Part shown: positions 13,578 through 24,020 of the stretch, one piece after another
Numbering within the stretch: the stretch's first letter is position 1
Layout: each line of letters begins with the position of its first letter
NCBI GenBank assembly: GCA_030264375.1
Contig: JASCQW010000043.1
Span: 66,284,634 to 66,348,633, forward strand
DNA: 64,000 nt
Direction of reading: 5' to 3'
Source: Carcharhinus longimanus
Taxonomy: Eukaryota
The notes under the pieces: model-generated
Told to the model about the DNA's origin: nothing
Seen by the model: only the letters and a program-made list of their open reading frames with translations
The model's database searches: none
Program-made: the position numbers and the translations under genes

Positions 13578-13820
13578 TATAAGAACATAAGAACATAAGA
13601 AATAGGAGCAGGAGTAGGCCATCCAGCCCTTCGAGCCTGCCCCGCCATNNNNNNNNNNNNNNNNNNNNNNNNNNNNNNNNNNNNNNNNNNNNNNNNNNNN
13701 NNNNNNNNNNNNNNNNNNNNNNNNNNNNNNNNNNNNNNNNNNNNNNNNTAATTCCCCGCCTTTTGCCTGGCACCCTTCTTAAACAACGGCGTAACATTAG
13801 CCGCTTTCCAATCTTCCAAT
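13578..13820 (-). mobile_element. Young CR1 LINE spanning a gap
   Basis: (aagaacat)n tail; EDWKAANVTPLFKKGARQKAGN. Confidence 0.85.
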
Positions 13821-14290
13821 ATGAACCAATGAAATCAGTTGTAAGTCACAACCTGAAGCCACCAAGGCCAAAGATTAGTTAGGGAGCAGAGCTGAAGATA
13901 TTTGAACCTTTCTTTCCATCTAACAGCAGCTAGAGTATATAAATATATAATGCACTTAATGATATAAAATGTTCAAGGCATTTCACAGAAGTGTTGTAAA
14001 GCAAAATTAAATATTTAGCAATAGAAGGCAATATTAGAGTGGTGGACCAGTGAATGGAGAAGTGAAGGCAGGCATAATGATAGAAGACAGGTGCCTAGGA
14101 AGGATGAAGAAAAATGAAGTTAAGAAAGGACGAGAAAAATGTGGAAATAGAAATTATTGCTCAGGTCCGAAGAGATCAGAGAGTTTGCCCCAAAGTCCTT
14201 GGAGGACCTGCTGGAGGCCTGGGTGAAGGAAGTAGACAGGAGGAGAAAAGTTCTCTTCCCTTACGGAATCAGGAGGTTCTCCACCTGCAT

Positions 14291-14612
14291 ACAGTGGCAC
14301 AATGGTTAGCACTGCTGCCTCACAACACTGGGGACCCAGGTTCGATTCCCGGCTTGGATCACTGCCTGTGGGGAGTTTGTACCTTCTCCCTGTGTCTGCA
14401 TGGGTTTCCTTTGGGTGCTCCGGCTTCTTCCCGCAGTTCAATGATGTGCAGGTTAGGTGGCTTGGCCATGCTAAATTGATTCTTGGTGTCAGGGGACTAG
14501 CTAGACTAAATGCATGGGGTTATAGGGATAGGGCCTGGGTGGGATTGTGATCGGTGCACACTCAATGGGCCGAATGGCCTCCTTCTGCACTGTAGGATTC
14601 TATGATTCTACT
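14291..14612 (+). mobile_element. HE1-type SINE, full length, CR1-like tail
   Basis: tRNA head, V-domain and tail gggccgaatggcctccttctgcactgtaggattctatgattct. The tail is repeated after the gap (14716-14847). Confidence 0.9.
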
Positions 14613-15178
14613 GAGNNNNNNNNNNNNNNNNNNNNNNNNNNNNNNNNNNNNNNNNNNNNNNNNNNNNNNNNNNNNNNNNNNNNNNNNNNNNNNNNNNNNN
14701 NNNNNNNNNNNNNNNTGGTGTCTGGTGACTCGCGAGACTAAATGCAGGGGGTTAGAGGGATAGGGCCGGGGTGGGATTGTGATCGGTGCACACTCACTGG
14801 GCCGAATGGCCTCCTTCTGCACTGTAGGATTCTATGATTCTACTGAGGGAGCAAGTAACCGTGGCAACCAATACAATCAGCATAGTCCCAAACACCTAGG
14901 TGCTGTGCCAAAAGAAATCCAATGCCTTGGCACAAGTAGATAGGGTCAGTCAATACATTCTGCCACAACATATCCTACCAACTAGCCTCTCAAACCTCCC
15001 CATTCTCCACACCTTCTTCATCTACCAAAAATATCTATCAACACACAACTCAAGTTTCATATTCAAATACTTCACTGCACCACCTAGGAGTTTGAAACCA
15101 ATTAAGCTGGAGAGGAAATCCAGCACCAACTCAAGGTCATCTAGAAGTTTACCAGAACTCGCAAGGTAAGATTGGGGG

Positions 15179-15244
15179 ATGGACAGAGGTAATTTAAGCC
15201 AATAATTTGAAATAATGGACAGAGGTAATTTAAACCAATAATTT
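15179..15244. repeat. Local tandem duplication, period 36 bp
   Basis: atggacagaggtaatttaa(g/a)ccaataattt occurs twice. Confidence 0.9.
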
Positions 15245-16180
15245 ACTTGAAGTTTTGGCTAAAATGTACCCACTGTTAGAATCCGGCGGGCTTTATACAT
15301 TAGAAGAGAGGACTTAAGTGGAAAAAAGTTAATGGATGGTAGCAGATAGCTAACTATAGACATGTGTAGTGAGGCATTCCCTAGAGTTGCTGTTGGAAGC
15401 CATCTTGAACTGTCCCAATGTAAACTGTGTTCAAACCTGGGGCAGGAATAGATCAAAAAGAACAAATAGTTCCTGATTCCTGCAGTAACAAATGTTTCCA
15501 TTTAGTGTTTGCCCTGAAAGAAGCTTCATTTTACAAAAAACTTCTAAAATGCAGCCTTTGAAAAAATGTCATTTTCTTCAAAGGAACTGTCTGGCAGTTT
15601 CAACTGTTGTCAAATGTAGCGTTCGAGCTTACTTCAATATTAGCCAAAACTACTTTTTTGAGTTAAGGTACATGTTTCCTGAGGTGACTGCATTCATTAG
15701 CTTTATTGATTCTGTTACTGCACTTGTTGGAATTATCAGTGCTTAGAAATAAATAGCCGTGGTGATGAGTTTTGTTTCATGTAATAGTAATGACTCTTTC
15801 ATTTTTAGTATTTTACTACAGTGTTTTAACGTGACATGTCACATGAACTTTGGTTTGCTTGTTTGACTCACAATGCTTTATTATGCTCTGTAATTTATTG
15901 CTGTTGCAACATTCTTTTATGGATAGGAATGGAATTTAGTTCTCCTGGTACAGGTCCCGGCCACGGACATGGAATTAAATGGCATTCCGGCTAATGGTGG
16001 GAACAGCTCACCAAGTGTGACTGTGCAGCGGCCAGCCAATAAATGCAGTAAAGGTGTGAGCGCTGGCCAGTTAAAGTGGTGGCAAGAAGAAATTCTGCAG
16101 ACTTGTTATCAACTGATGGAGTCTGAGGTTGGATCACCATTTTTAACAAGTGCCCGGACATACCTGCAGTGGTATTGATC

Positions 16181-16487
16181 ATGTCCGGTAGAGGAAAGGT
16201 GGTAAAGGTCTTGTAAAGGCAGACCAAGTGGCACCGCAAAGTGTTCCGCGACAATATACAAGGCATTACCAAGCCTGCCATCAGGCGTCTGGCTCACCGT
16301 GGAGGCGTCAAGCGTATCTCTGGCTTGATCTACAAGAAGGTCCGCAGGGTGTTGAAGGTGTTTTTGAAGAATGTGAGCAGGGGCTTGGTGACCTACACTG
16401 AACACGCTAAGCGCAAAACGGTGACCGCCATGCATGTGGTGTACCGCTAAAGTGCCGGGGCAGACCCTGCATGGCTTTGGTGGTTGA
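16181..16487 (+). pseudogene. H4: Histone H4 pseudogene (complete ATG-to-TGA span, frameshifted)
   Basis: Starts ATGTCCGGTAGAGGAAAG (MSGRGK), has the core [29 protein letters not shown]...[15 protein letters not shown] and ends GGCTTTGGTGGTTGA (GFGG*). It is 307 nt versus 312 canonical, consistent with five 1-nt deletions. Premature TAA at codon 12 and several non-conservative changes (EET>KKV, IRDA>SRGL). Confidence 0.95.
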
Positions 16488-16815
16488 AGACAGTGTAAAG
16501 GGGAGCCAGTGGCATCAAGGCAACAGCATTGGTGTTACAGAAGCAGAGAGGAATCCAAGCTCCTGAACATTTTGCCAAGCACAGCCTTCTTCTCTGTCAC
16601 TGAACCCCAAGCTCATCAGACAGACCNNNNNNNNNNNNNNNNNNNNNNNNNNNNNNNNNNNNNNNNNNNNNNNNNNNNNNNNNNNNNNNNNNNNNNNNNN
16701 NNNNNNNNNNNNNNNNNNNNNNNNNNAACCCCAAGCTCATCAGACAGACCTCCAGAAGTAATCTTGTTTGCCTTGATCTGTGACTGGTATCAAGAAGGGA
16801 GTGTCCAACTGACAC

Positions 16816-17830
16816 ATGGCTCAGAGCAGACAAAGGATGACCTCATGGTTCAATAATATCTCTCAGCAGGTTGTCCTCAAGGATGTCTGTAAAGAGCGGA
16901 AGGTGCTCTTCCTTACCAAAGGTATCTCACCTGACTAAGATAGCTGGAACAGAGTTTGCAATGTAGCTTAGCATCTATGAGGTCCAAGAGGGGCCCCTGA
17001 ATCCAATGTAGAAAATGGATCAATGACCTCCTCTGCACTTTCTTCATCCACCATTGCAGAAACTAGTATCTCACTGGGTGATTTTAACAGACAGCCTTCC
17101 GGGTCACTGTATGGTGAGCACCACACAGATGCTGATGCACATCAGGTGGAAACAGGAATGTCTCAGGGATCATGCAGTCAGAGGTATGTTGCTTTCCAGG
17201 ATACAGTTATCCCCAGCTAGATGCCATGTCTCTGGACAAGTTCCTTTGTCACTTCTTGGAGATGCAAAGGCAGAGCTGGAAAATCCTGGAGGGATTGTGA
17301 GTGATATTTCTGCAACTGAAAGGCTGATGGAAGGAGATGCAAAGTCCTCTGCCACAGGAGATATTGCCAGGCAGCCAGGCTAAAACTGCAAGGGTGGCAA
17401 TTGCAGTGGAAGCCTGGGGCAGGACATCCAAGACTTGAGTTAAAAGCTTGGATCAGTCTCTGAGGACCATGACTGAAGGCCTCAGAGCATAGCCCAGGTA
17501 CAAATGGCCACTGCTAAAGAGCTCCAGAGTTTGACCCAAACACTGCGGTACGTCAGTCAAGGCTTCGACACCATGGTGCAGACAACGACGGGTCTCCAGG
17601 ACTGGCAGTGTGAGATGACACAGAGGTGTCTGGAGCCCACTCCAGCAGGTCCTCAGTTCCATGGAGTTGCCCAGGGTCCCATAAACACCTCGAGGGACTA
17701 GAGAGTGCTGGAGCTCATCACAGGTAGTTCCATCAAGAGAAGTGCAGCCTCTTGCACTTCTGAATCCGCCTTTCCTGATATTAGTGCATCTCGGGGGCAG
17801 CAGGCAGAACAGGCTGGTGTGGCAACACAA
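16816..17830 (+). mobile_element. Decayed PIF/Harbinger-type Myb/SANT-like DNA-binding protein gene (ORF2) relic
   Basis: Across frameshifts it reads MAQSRQRMTSWFNNISQQVVLKDVCKERKVLF..SHLTKIA.TEFA...(W)IQCRKWINDLL, matching the Myb/SANT-like (trihelix) pattern F....L.VL...V......LF......TK.AW.E.A.....W.QCRK..NDL. A Ser/Thr-rich linker and a coiled-coil-like segment follow (ATAKELQSLTQTLRYVSQGFDTMVQ). No DDE transposase was seen. Confidence 0.6.
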
Positions 17831-18149
17831 GACATCTAAGCCAACAGGAGAAGGTGATTTCCATGCTCCCTAGTAGGGGTATTTGGGTGACTGTTTCATT
17901 TTCATCCCAGTTGGGTGAATTGCAAGTTGTTTATTGTGACTGGCTAGCAGTCCACCATTGTCTTAATAGGATTACAATTTATTGCCTTTTAAAAGTCTGG
18001 TCAGAAAAAGAAGAATTATAAAGTGTATTTGGTTTTTTTTCGAAAAAAGCACATCCTTGTAACAAGTGGGATTGTGAATAATGTCAATCTAATTCTTTGT
18101 GTGAAATGTAGGCCCTTACATTCTGATGGGACATTTTGCTCCATCGTTC

Positions 18150-19310
18150 ATAGTCCTGCAGTCCACCTCTGAGGAAGAGATTGTCGAATCTTCAGAAGGT
18201 GTACCATCACATTTCCCCCCAGTACTTCCCAACAGCCCAACTACAGTCCCCTTGGTGTTTATGTGGCCACGTTGAGAATTGGGGTTGTGATAACTGGAGG
18301 CAACTCAGTTATGGCAGGTATAAAACAAGAACATTTATTCAATGAGAAGGAACTATTTGCAACTGAACGATTTGCAATACCGATCTGCTTCCAACAACAC
18401 CCCAATTCACTCTGCCAATTTGCAGCCCCAGAGATGCATGCCTTTTCTCCCAATTGGCCGAGGCTCATGCACTAGTGCTCCATTGGTTCTGGCCCAGTCA
18501 TATGGTCACGTGGCCTGTGAAGGGGCCAAGCTACCACAGGGGTCACAATTTGCTGAACACATCACACACTCCTGGAGCAGCTGAAAGAGGCTACGACAGT
18601 TGAGAGCCCTGACAGTCGGAGGATTGTTGGGGGCCCAGGCTGGTCACAGCCACACAGAACTTTCTGGAGATGCAACAACAGACAGGGAACATTGGTGGAG
18701 CTGCCAGAGGCTATATGCAGCCACGCACAGATGATGGAGGAGTCCATCCAGGCCATGGGTTCTGCTATGTCTCAGGTTGCAAGGTTATGGCTTTGTCAAT
18801 GGAGAGGTTGGCAACTATAATTGAGTGCTAAATTCAGCAAAGCAGTCAGTGCTTCTGGAAATCCACTTGGATTTGAATACCATCACTCTGCCCATGGGCT
18901 GTATATAGGCAAAAAAGAGACAAGGCTTCTGAATACTGCTTCAGGTGTACCTCCTTGTCAGGAAGATGCCGCTATGCAGAGAGGTGCCGATCTGCTTCTT
19001 CTGGGCACTCTGTTCAGAGAACTCTGAAGGTGATCAGCTGCAACTTCTCCTCTCTGCCAATGACTCCAGCGTTTTCAGTAGCTGCGCCAAAGGGGATGCA
19101 CCTGCACCTGTGCAGGAACCCTTTAGTAAGCCAGGGCTCACCAAGCTTGAGAAACCAGAGGACAGCTACCAAAGCCAACTCAGGCAACGGAATATTGCAC
19201 TCAACAGCCTTCCACCAGCTCGGATGCAGATGTTGAGGTTGCATCATGGTGTGGCGATTGTATCAGAAAAGAGCCTCTATGTGCACTTTATGTGACAGCA
19301 TATTGCAGCA
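18150..19310 (+). mobile_element. Second decayed Harbinger-type ORF2 C-terminal region (linker + coiled coil), interrupted at ~18262-18475
   Basis: Fragments STSEEEIVESSEGVPSHFPP, GSQFAEHIT, NFLEMQQQ and LPEAICSHAQMMEESIQAM...SMERLATI resemble the linker and coiled coil at 17040-17800 (SGSLYGEHHTD). Confidence 0.4.
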
Positions 19311-19417
19311 CATTATTAAAAAGTCTTGTTTATTTATGTCTTTTTGGTGGTCTTAATGGATAGGAAGAAAAAGAAAGAAAAATGGCCTCTTTCTGTGCTG
19401 TAAAACTCTCTCAGTCT

Positions 19418-19657
19418 ATGGGTGGGATTGTACAGCCCTCACTTGAGGGAGATCGGAAATTCTCGCCCAATGTCAACAGACATTTCTGTTGTCTGCCCCT
19501 CGCTCTCATTGATTTGTGATGGGCGAGGCGGTAGGGTTGCGGCATATGGGTATGATTTTCTGGCCTCGCTTGCCCCGAAACCAGAAAATCCGCAGACCTT
19601 TCCATGGTCTGCTCTTCTGATTCCTGTGGTGGATGGGACAGTAAAATTCACCCCATG
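19418..19657. mobile_element. Two adjacent ~120-bp palindromic MITEs (GGG..GATTTT / AAAATT..CCC ends)
   Basis: Ends gggtgggattg, gggtatgattttc and gtaaaattcacccc; internal hairpin gtcaacagacatttctgttgtc. Related copies at 21827-21955, 33903-34030, 49347-49478 and 63560-63668. Confidence 0.6.
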
Positions 19658-20717
19658 ACTCTATTTTTATTCATATTTTCATAGCCCCTTTATTTTAAAG
19701 CCCCATTTCTATTAGAGGTCTAATGAAATTCAGACAACAGCTTTTATTAATATTCATTATCTATTGTGTGTCATCCATAGTTCAGTTGATAGCACTCTCA
19801 TCTTGGAATCACAAGGTTCTGGGTTTAAGACCAACTCCAGACCTTGCACACAAAACCCATGGTTGACACTCCAGTGCAGTAGGGAGAACTGCTTTTTATT
19901 TGAACGGTAAAAATTATGATCCGTTTCAAAATGCATTGAATAAAACATGAAAAATTCTCCAGATCCTTCTGAAAATAATCCTTGCATGTTTAACATTCAA
20001 ACTCAACCTCCCAGATTTCTTATTTCCAAATTCACTGCTGCTGCAAACTGTCTGTTTACATAGTTTATAATTGTTTCCTAGCAAGATAGAAATTTTGGGC
20101 AAGTTAGGTTATGAACTGTTCATGTCCGATTTCATTTTGTATGTCGTAAGTTTTATATTCAGCGCTGTCAGTTTTTTCTGGTGCTGTGCCAATTCTTATG
20201 GAGTTATTGATCAGCTTTTGTTAGTTTTCTGGGTTGGCAGACTGATGTGTTTAAATCTAGGTTCTCAGAAGCTGTCTCAGACACTTTTTGCGAGGTGATT
20301 TTATTTATATTTGCTTTTCTATCTCCATCTTTTACAAAGCAGTTTAAATATATACAAATCCAAATACAAATCCAGTAAGCAGGATTTTCATGGTCATAAT
20401 GCAATCTTCATCTCCAGAATAAGATTTAAAGAGTATGAATCTTTCATAGGCCTGAACTCAGGTTTTCTTATCTGATTTCACAGATTGGATGAAAAGCTTC
20501 ACTGCTCTCCTCCTCTGAATCTGGACACAAATGTTTGAAGCAATCTCTGACACTCATTATTGGGATACATACAGCTTAAACAATTAAAATTGGACAGCTA
20601 CAATTGTAACTCCCAAGATCCCAAGAACTCAAACTCATACAATAAAGCACTGTACTTAGGCACCATGTAGGTATATGAGATTGTTTTGATGCGTGCATTT
20701 GTGATAAAGTTTAGCTT

Positions 20718-21002
20718 TTAAATATTTATTTATTAGTATCACAAGTAGGCTTACATTAACATTGCAATGAAATTACTGTGAATATCCCCCAGCCTGTTTG
20801 AGTACACTGAGGTAGAATTTACTACGACCAACGCACCTAACCAGTATATCTTTTGAATTATGGGAGGAAACTGGAGCACCCAGAGGAAATTCACTCAGAC
20901 ATGGGAAAAACATGCAGACTCCACACAGACAATGACCCAAGCTGGGAATTGAACCCAGATCCCTGATTCTGTGAGGCAGCAGTGGTAGCCTTTGTGCCAC
21001 CA
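20718..21002 (-). mobile_element. HE1-type SINE with alternative tail
   Basis: Same head and V-domain; tail is the reverse complement of ...ttcacagtaatttcattgcaatgttaatgtaagcctacttgtgatactaataaataaa. Confidence 0.85.
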
Positions 21003-21659
21003 GGATAATCAGGTGCATAGAGTTTACACAATGGCCACTGGAGATATAAGCTCAGGGTCCAATTAATTTTCAAGATCAAATCTCTTCATAATGTGGTTGA
21101 CAAGCTGCCTTAGTAAAATACATCCCCTCCTTCCGACTGCCATTAGATCAGCTCACCAATTTAAAGGCAGGAGATCAGTTGGGCAGATACTTATTTTGGG
21201 CCTGTTGCAACAGAATAAAACAAGGGGCATTTACCACAATTTGTATTTATATTGTACCTTTACTGCAATAACACATCGCAAGGTGCTTCACAAGAAAGTT
21301 ATGGACCAAAATTTGACACAGAGCTACAATGAGGATATTAGGGCAGGTGTGGAAATTCCTGTATGCAATAAACTTGCCAGCTCAGAGCAAAATAAATATG
21401 AATGCTGTGAAGATAAACATCAGCAGTGATTGGTAAATATTTGGGGAACTATAAAGCAATTGTTATTGCATCATTGTCAGGAAAATAAAACACCGTACCC
21501 AGTGGAAATATTTGATTCATAGCTGGGATTAATTTGATATATAATTCGTGATTTGATTTGAATAAACAAACTTTGAAATCAATTGATTATGCCAAAATAA
21601 GAAGCAGGGCAAACAATTTGGAAGATAGCAAAGGCTTGCTAAAGGAATTAAATCATTTG

Positions 21660-21747
21660 GAAAACAGAATCCAGTGCAACAAGCATTGTGAACAACAGAA
21701 TCCAGTGCACAGAGTGCTGTGTAAAACAGAACCCAGTGCAGTGAGCA
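21660..21747. repeat. Three-copy ~31-bp minisatellite
   Basis: aacagaa(t/c)ccagtgca occurs three times with about 31-bp spacing. Confidence 0.85.
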
Positions 21748-23569
21748 TGACATAATCCAAGTCTTGTATGTAGGGCAGAAAGGACAGGAGTATTGCTCTT
21801 TGAACTTTCAGTTTGGTCAGCAGACTTAGGCCAAAACCCTACCATCTCGTCTGCCCCAGAATTGGGGCGGGCAAGGTCCCCAGGGTGGAAATCTCCGTTG
21901 GCCTCGGGCAGGATTTTACAATCTTGCCCGAGTAGGGTCGTAAAATCCTGCCCTTAATCTTCATCATTCTCAGACCGACGTTTGAAGTAAGCTACAGTTG
22001 CTTTCACAATTCTTGCATGTGTCTTGACATTAATATAGAGAGCTTGAGCGAATGTGCTTCCAAGATCAGTGAACCTCCCCACTGACAGGTTGATAGGTCA
22101 TGGACAGAAACCATGGGCTCAAGTCAGGGCAGGTACATTATTCAGTTTTCTTCATGCTGATTGTATGGCCAAAGTTATTGAATGTCTAAACCAATTACCA
22201 AATGTTAAATTCAAAACGGGCTTCTGACTGCATTGTGGGATTCTGATTTAAATATGATAATGATGTGTTCTGTCTCCCCATAATGTGACCCAGGCACATC
22301 ATGTAATCAACCACCATAAAAATAGAGGCAGACAAACATGAACAGATTGAAGTTATGTTTCACAATTTTTAATTTTTAACTCCGTCTTGATGATCCTCTT
22401 GTTGCGGGTGTTTAACATTTACCCCCATGAGCTTTGGTATTTGCTACTTTAAGACAGGATGTACCAAACATGGGGTATTAATTTATCATGGGCAGTTGTA
22501 CAGAATGGGAATTGGTTATTCAGCAAGTTATTTTACGTTCTACTCAATATTTTAATCACATTCACTCCAATGTAAAAGAAAATTGCAGAATATAGTAAAT
22601 GCTGCTAATTCACTATCATCCATTTTACATTACTGTCCATGTTCAATATGACCCCAAATATTATTTTCAGATTTGTAAATGTTTCTGGAGTAGATTATGT
22701 TCCACAGACCCAGAAGCCCAGCATCGCTTCACATTTTTCTCCCCAGTTTCCTGCACATGGAGTCAGGGGCAGAGATCAGAAATCAGGTAGTAGTACACCC
22801 TGTACTAGTAAAATAATTCAGAGATCTATTCTAAATGAGTCATATTATTTTGATATCCAGCAGTACTAACAGTGATAACGTGTCGTTGGCACATTGTGAA
22901 CAGCTCTGCAGTGTTTAACCTGCTTTATGGAAATGGCAAAGAGTCAAAAGTGACAATGTAAAATCACTGATGCAATTTAATATTATCAGAAAAAGTACAA
23001 CAAGATCTGAAAAAGGTTTCTACTGGCTTTCTAAACAAAAAGGAATTAATAGCAGATTGCAAACTAATATGTCATTCATAATTCCTCACGTCATTTATTC
23101 TGAACAATAATTTCCGTATTGACATCATTCACCCCATTAAATCTATGGTTACAATTGCTGTAAGTGGATAATGATTTCAGTGATGCGTTAAAGCCTCACT
23201 CTTCCAATGTTTCCATTGCCAAAAATATCTTTATTGTGGTATTGAGCTACATGGAACAGGTTTGTTCCTTCTGAGACAGCAACTGGAAAGCTACAATGAG
23301 GATTTATAAGGAATGGGTGGAAAAATCAAGCCAAGTTCCTGCAATTCATTGATACCCATATCTTTGTTCAAAAGTGCTTGTTTATTGTCACTTCGTATGA
23401 AAATAAATGAACTCAGCTATGATGCCCATCACTCATTGACTAGCCTTCAGGATATTTTTGTCATCACTGTTTATGTGCTAATTTAGCAGTGGGATTGGCT
23501 GTCCTTTATTCAATCTGACTGGGTGACCCTTCACTTACATAATTCGGAGTTGGTGACAATCGTGTCTCT

Positions 23570-24020
23570 GTTGGTGAGCTGAGCTCAGTTGACTTGCATC
23601 TGAATCAAGTTCAAGCCCCACTCCAGGACTTGAGCACAAAATTCAAGCCTGAGATCCCAGTGCAATACCAAGGGGATATTGCTATACTGTTGCAGTGTGC
23701 TATCTTTCAGGTGAAGCATTAAACCAAGACCTCCATCTGCCTGTTCAGGTAGATGTAAAAGATCCTATAACACTATTTTGGACAAGAGAAGGGGGAGTTC
23801 TCCCCAGTGTCCTGACAAATATTTATCCCTCAATCAACATCACAAAAAACAGATTAGCTGATCATTAGCACATTGTCATTTTGTGGGAGTTTGCTATATG
23901 CAAATCAGCTATTGCGATATTAATTACATCAGTGACTGCATTTCAAAAAGTACTTGATTTGCTGAGATTTTGAGATGTCTGATGTTCATGAAAAATACTA
24001 TATAAATGCAAAACTTTCTT
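23570..24020 (+). mobile_element. SacSINE1/DeuSINE-like element
   Basis: tRNA-like box (gttcaagccccactccagga), Deu-domain-like core gatgtaaaagatcc..acactattt..aagagaagggggagttctccccagtgtcctgacaaatatttatccctcaatcaacatcac, and an L2-like tail ctatataaatgcaa. Confidence 0.7.

Noticed and set aside
14470-14847. Apparent tandem duplication of a SINE tail
   Set aside because: The copies flank a 100-N gap and both end in the same unique flank (ctactgag). This is most likely contig overlap or haplotype redundancy.
16604-16750. Direct repeat aaccccaagctcatcagacagacc that could be a TSD
   Set aside because: It sits on both sides of a 100-N gap, typical of overlapping contig ends (negative gap).
21660-21747. 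Repeat-spacer-like pattern suggestive of CRISPR
   Set aside because: Only three units with short, related spacers, in a vertebrate context and with no cas genes; an ordinary minisatellite.
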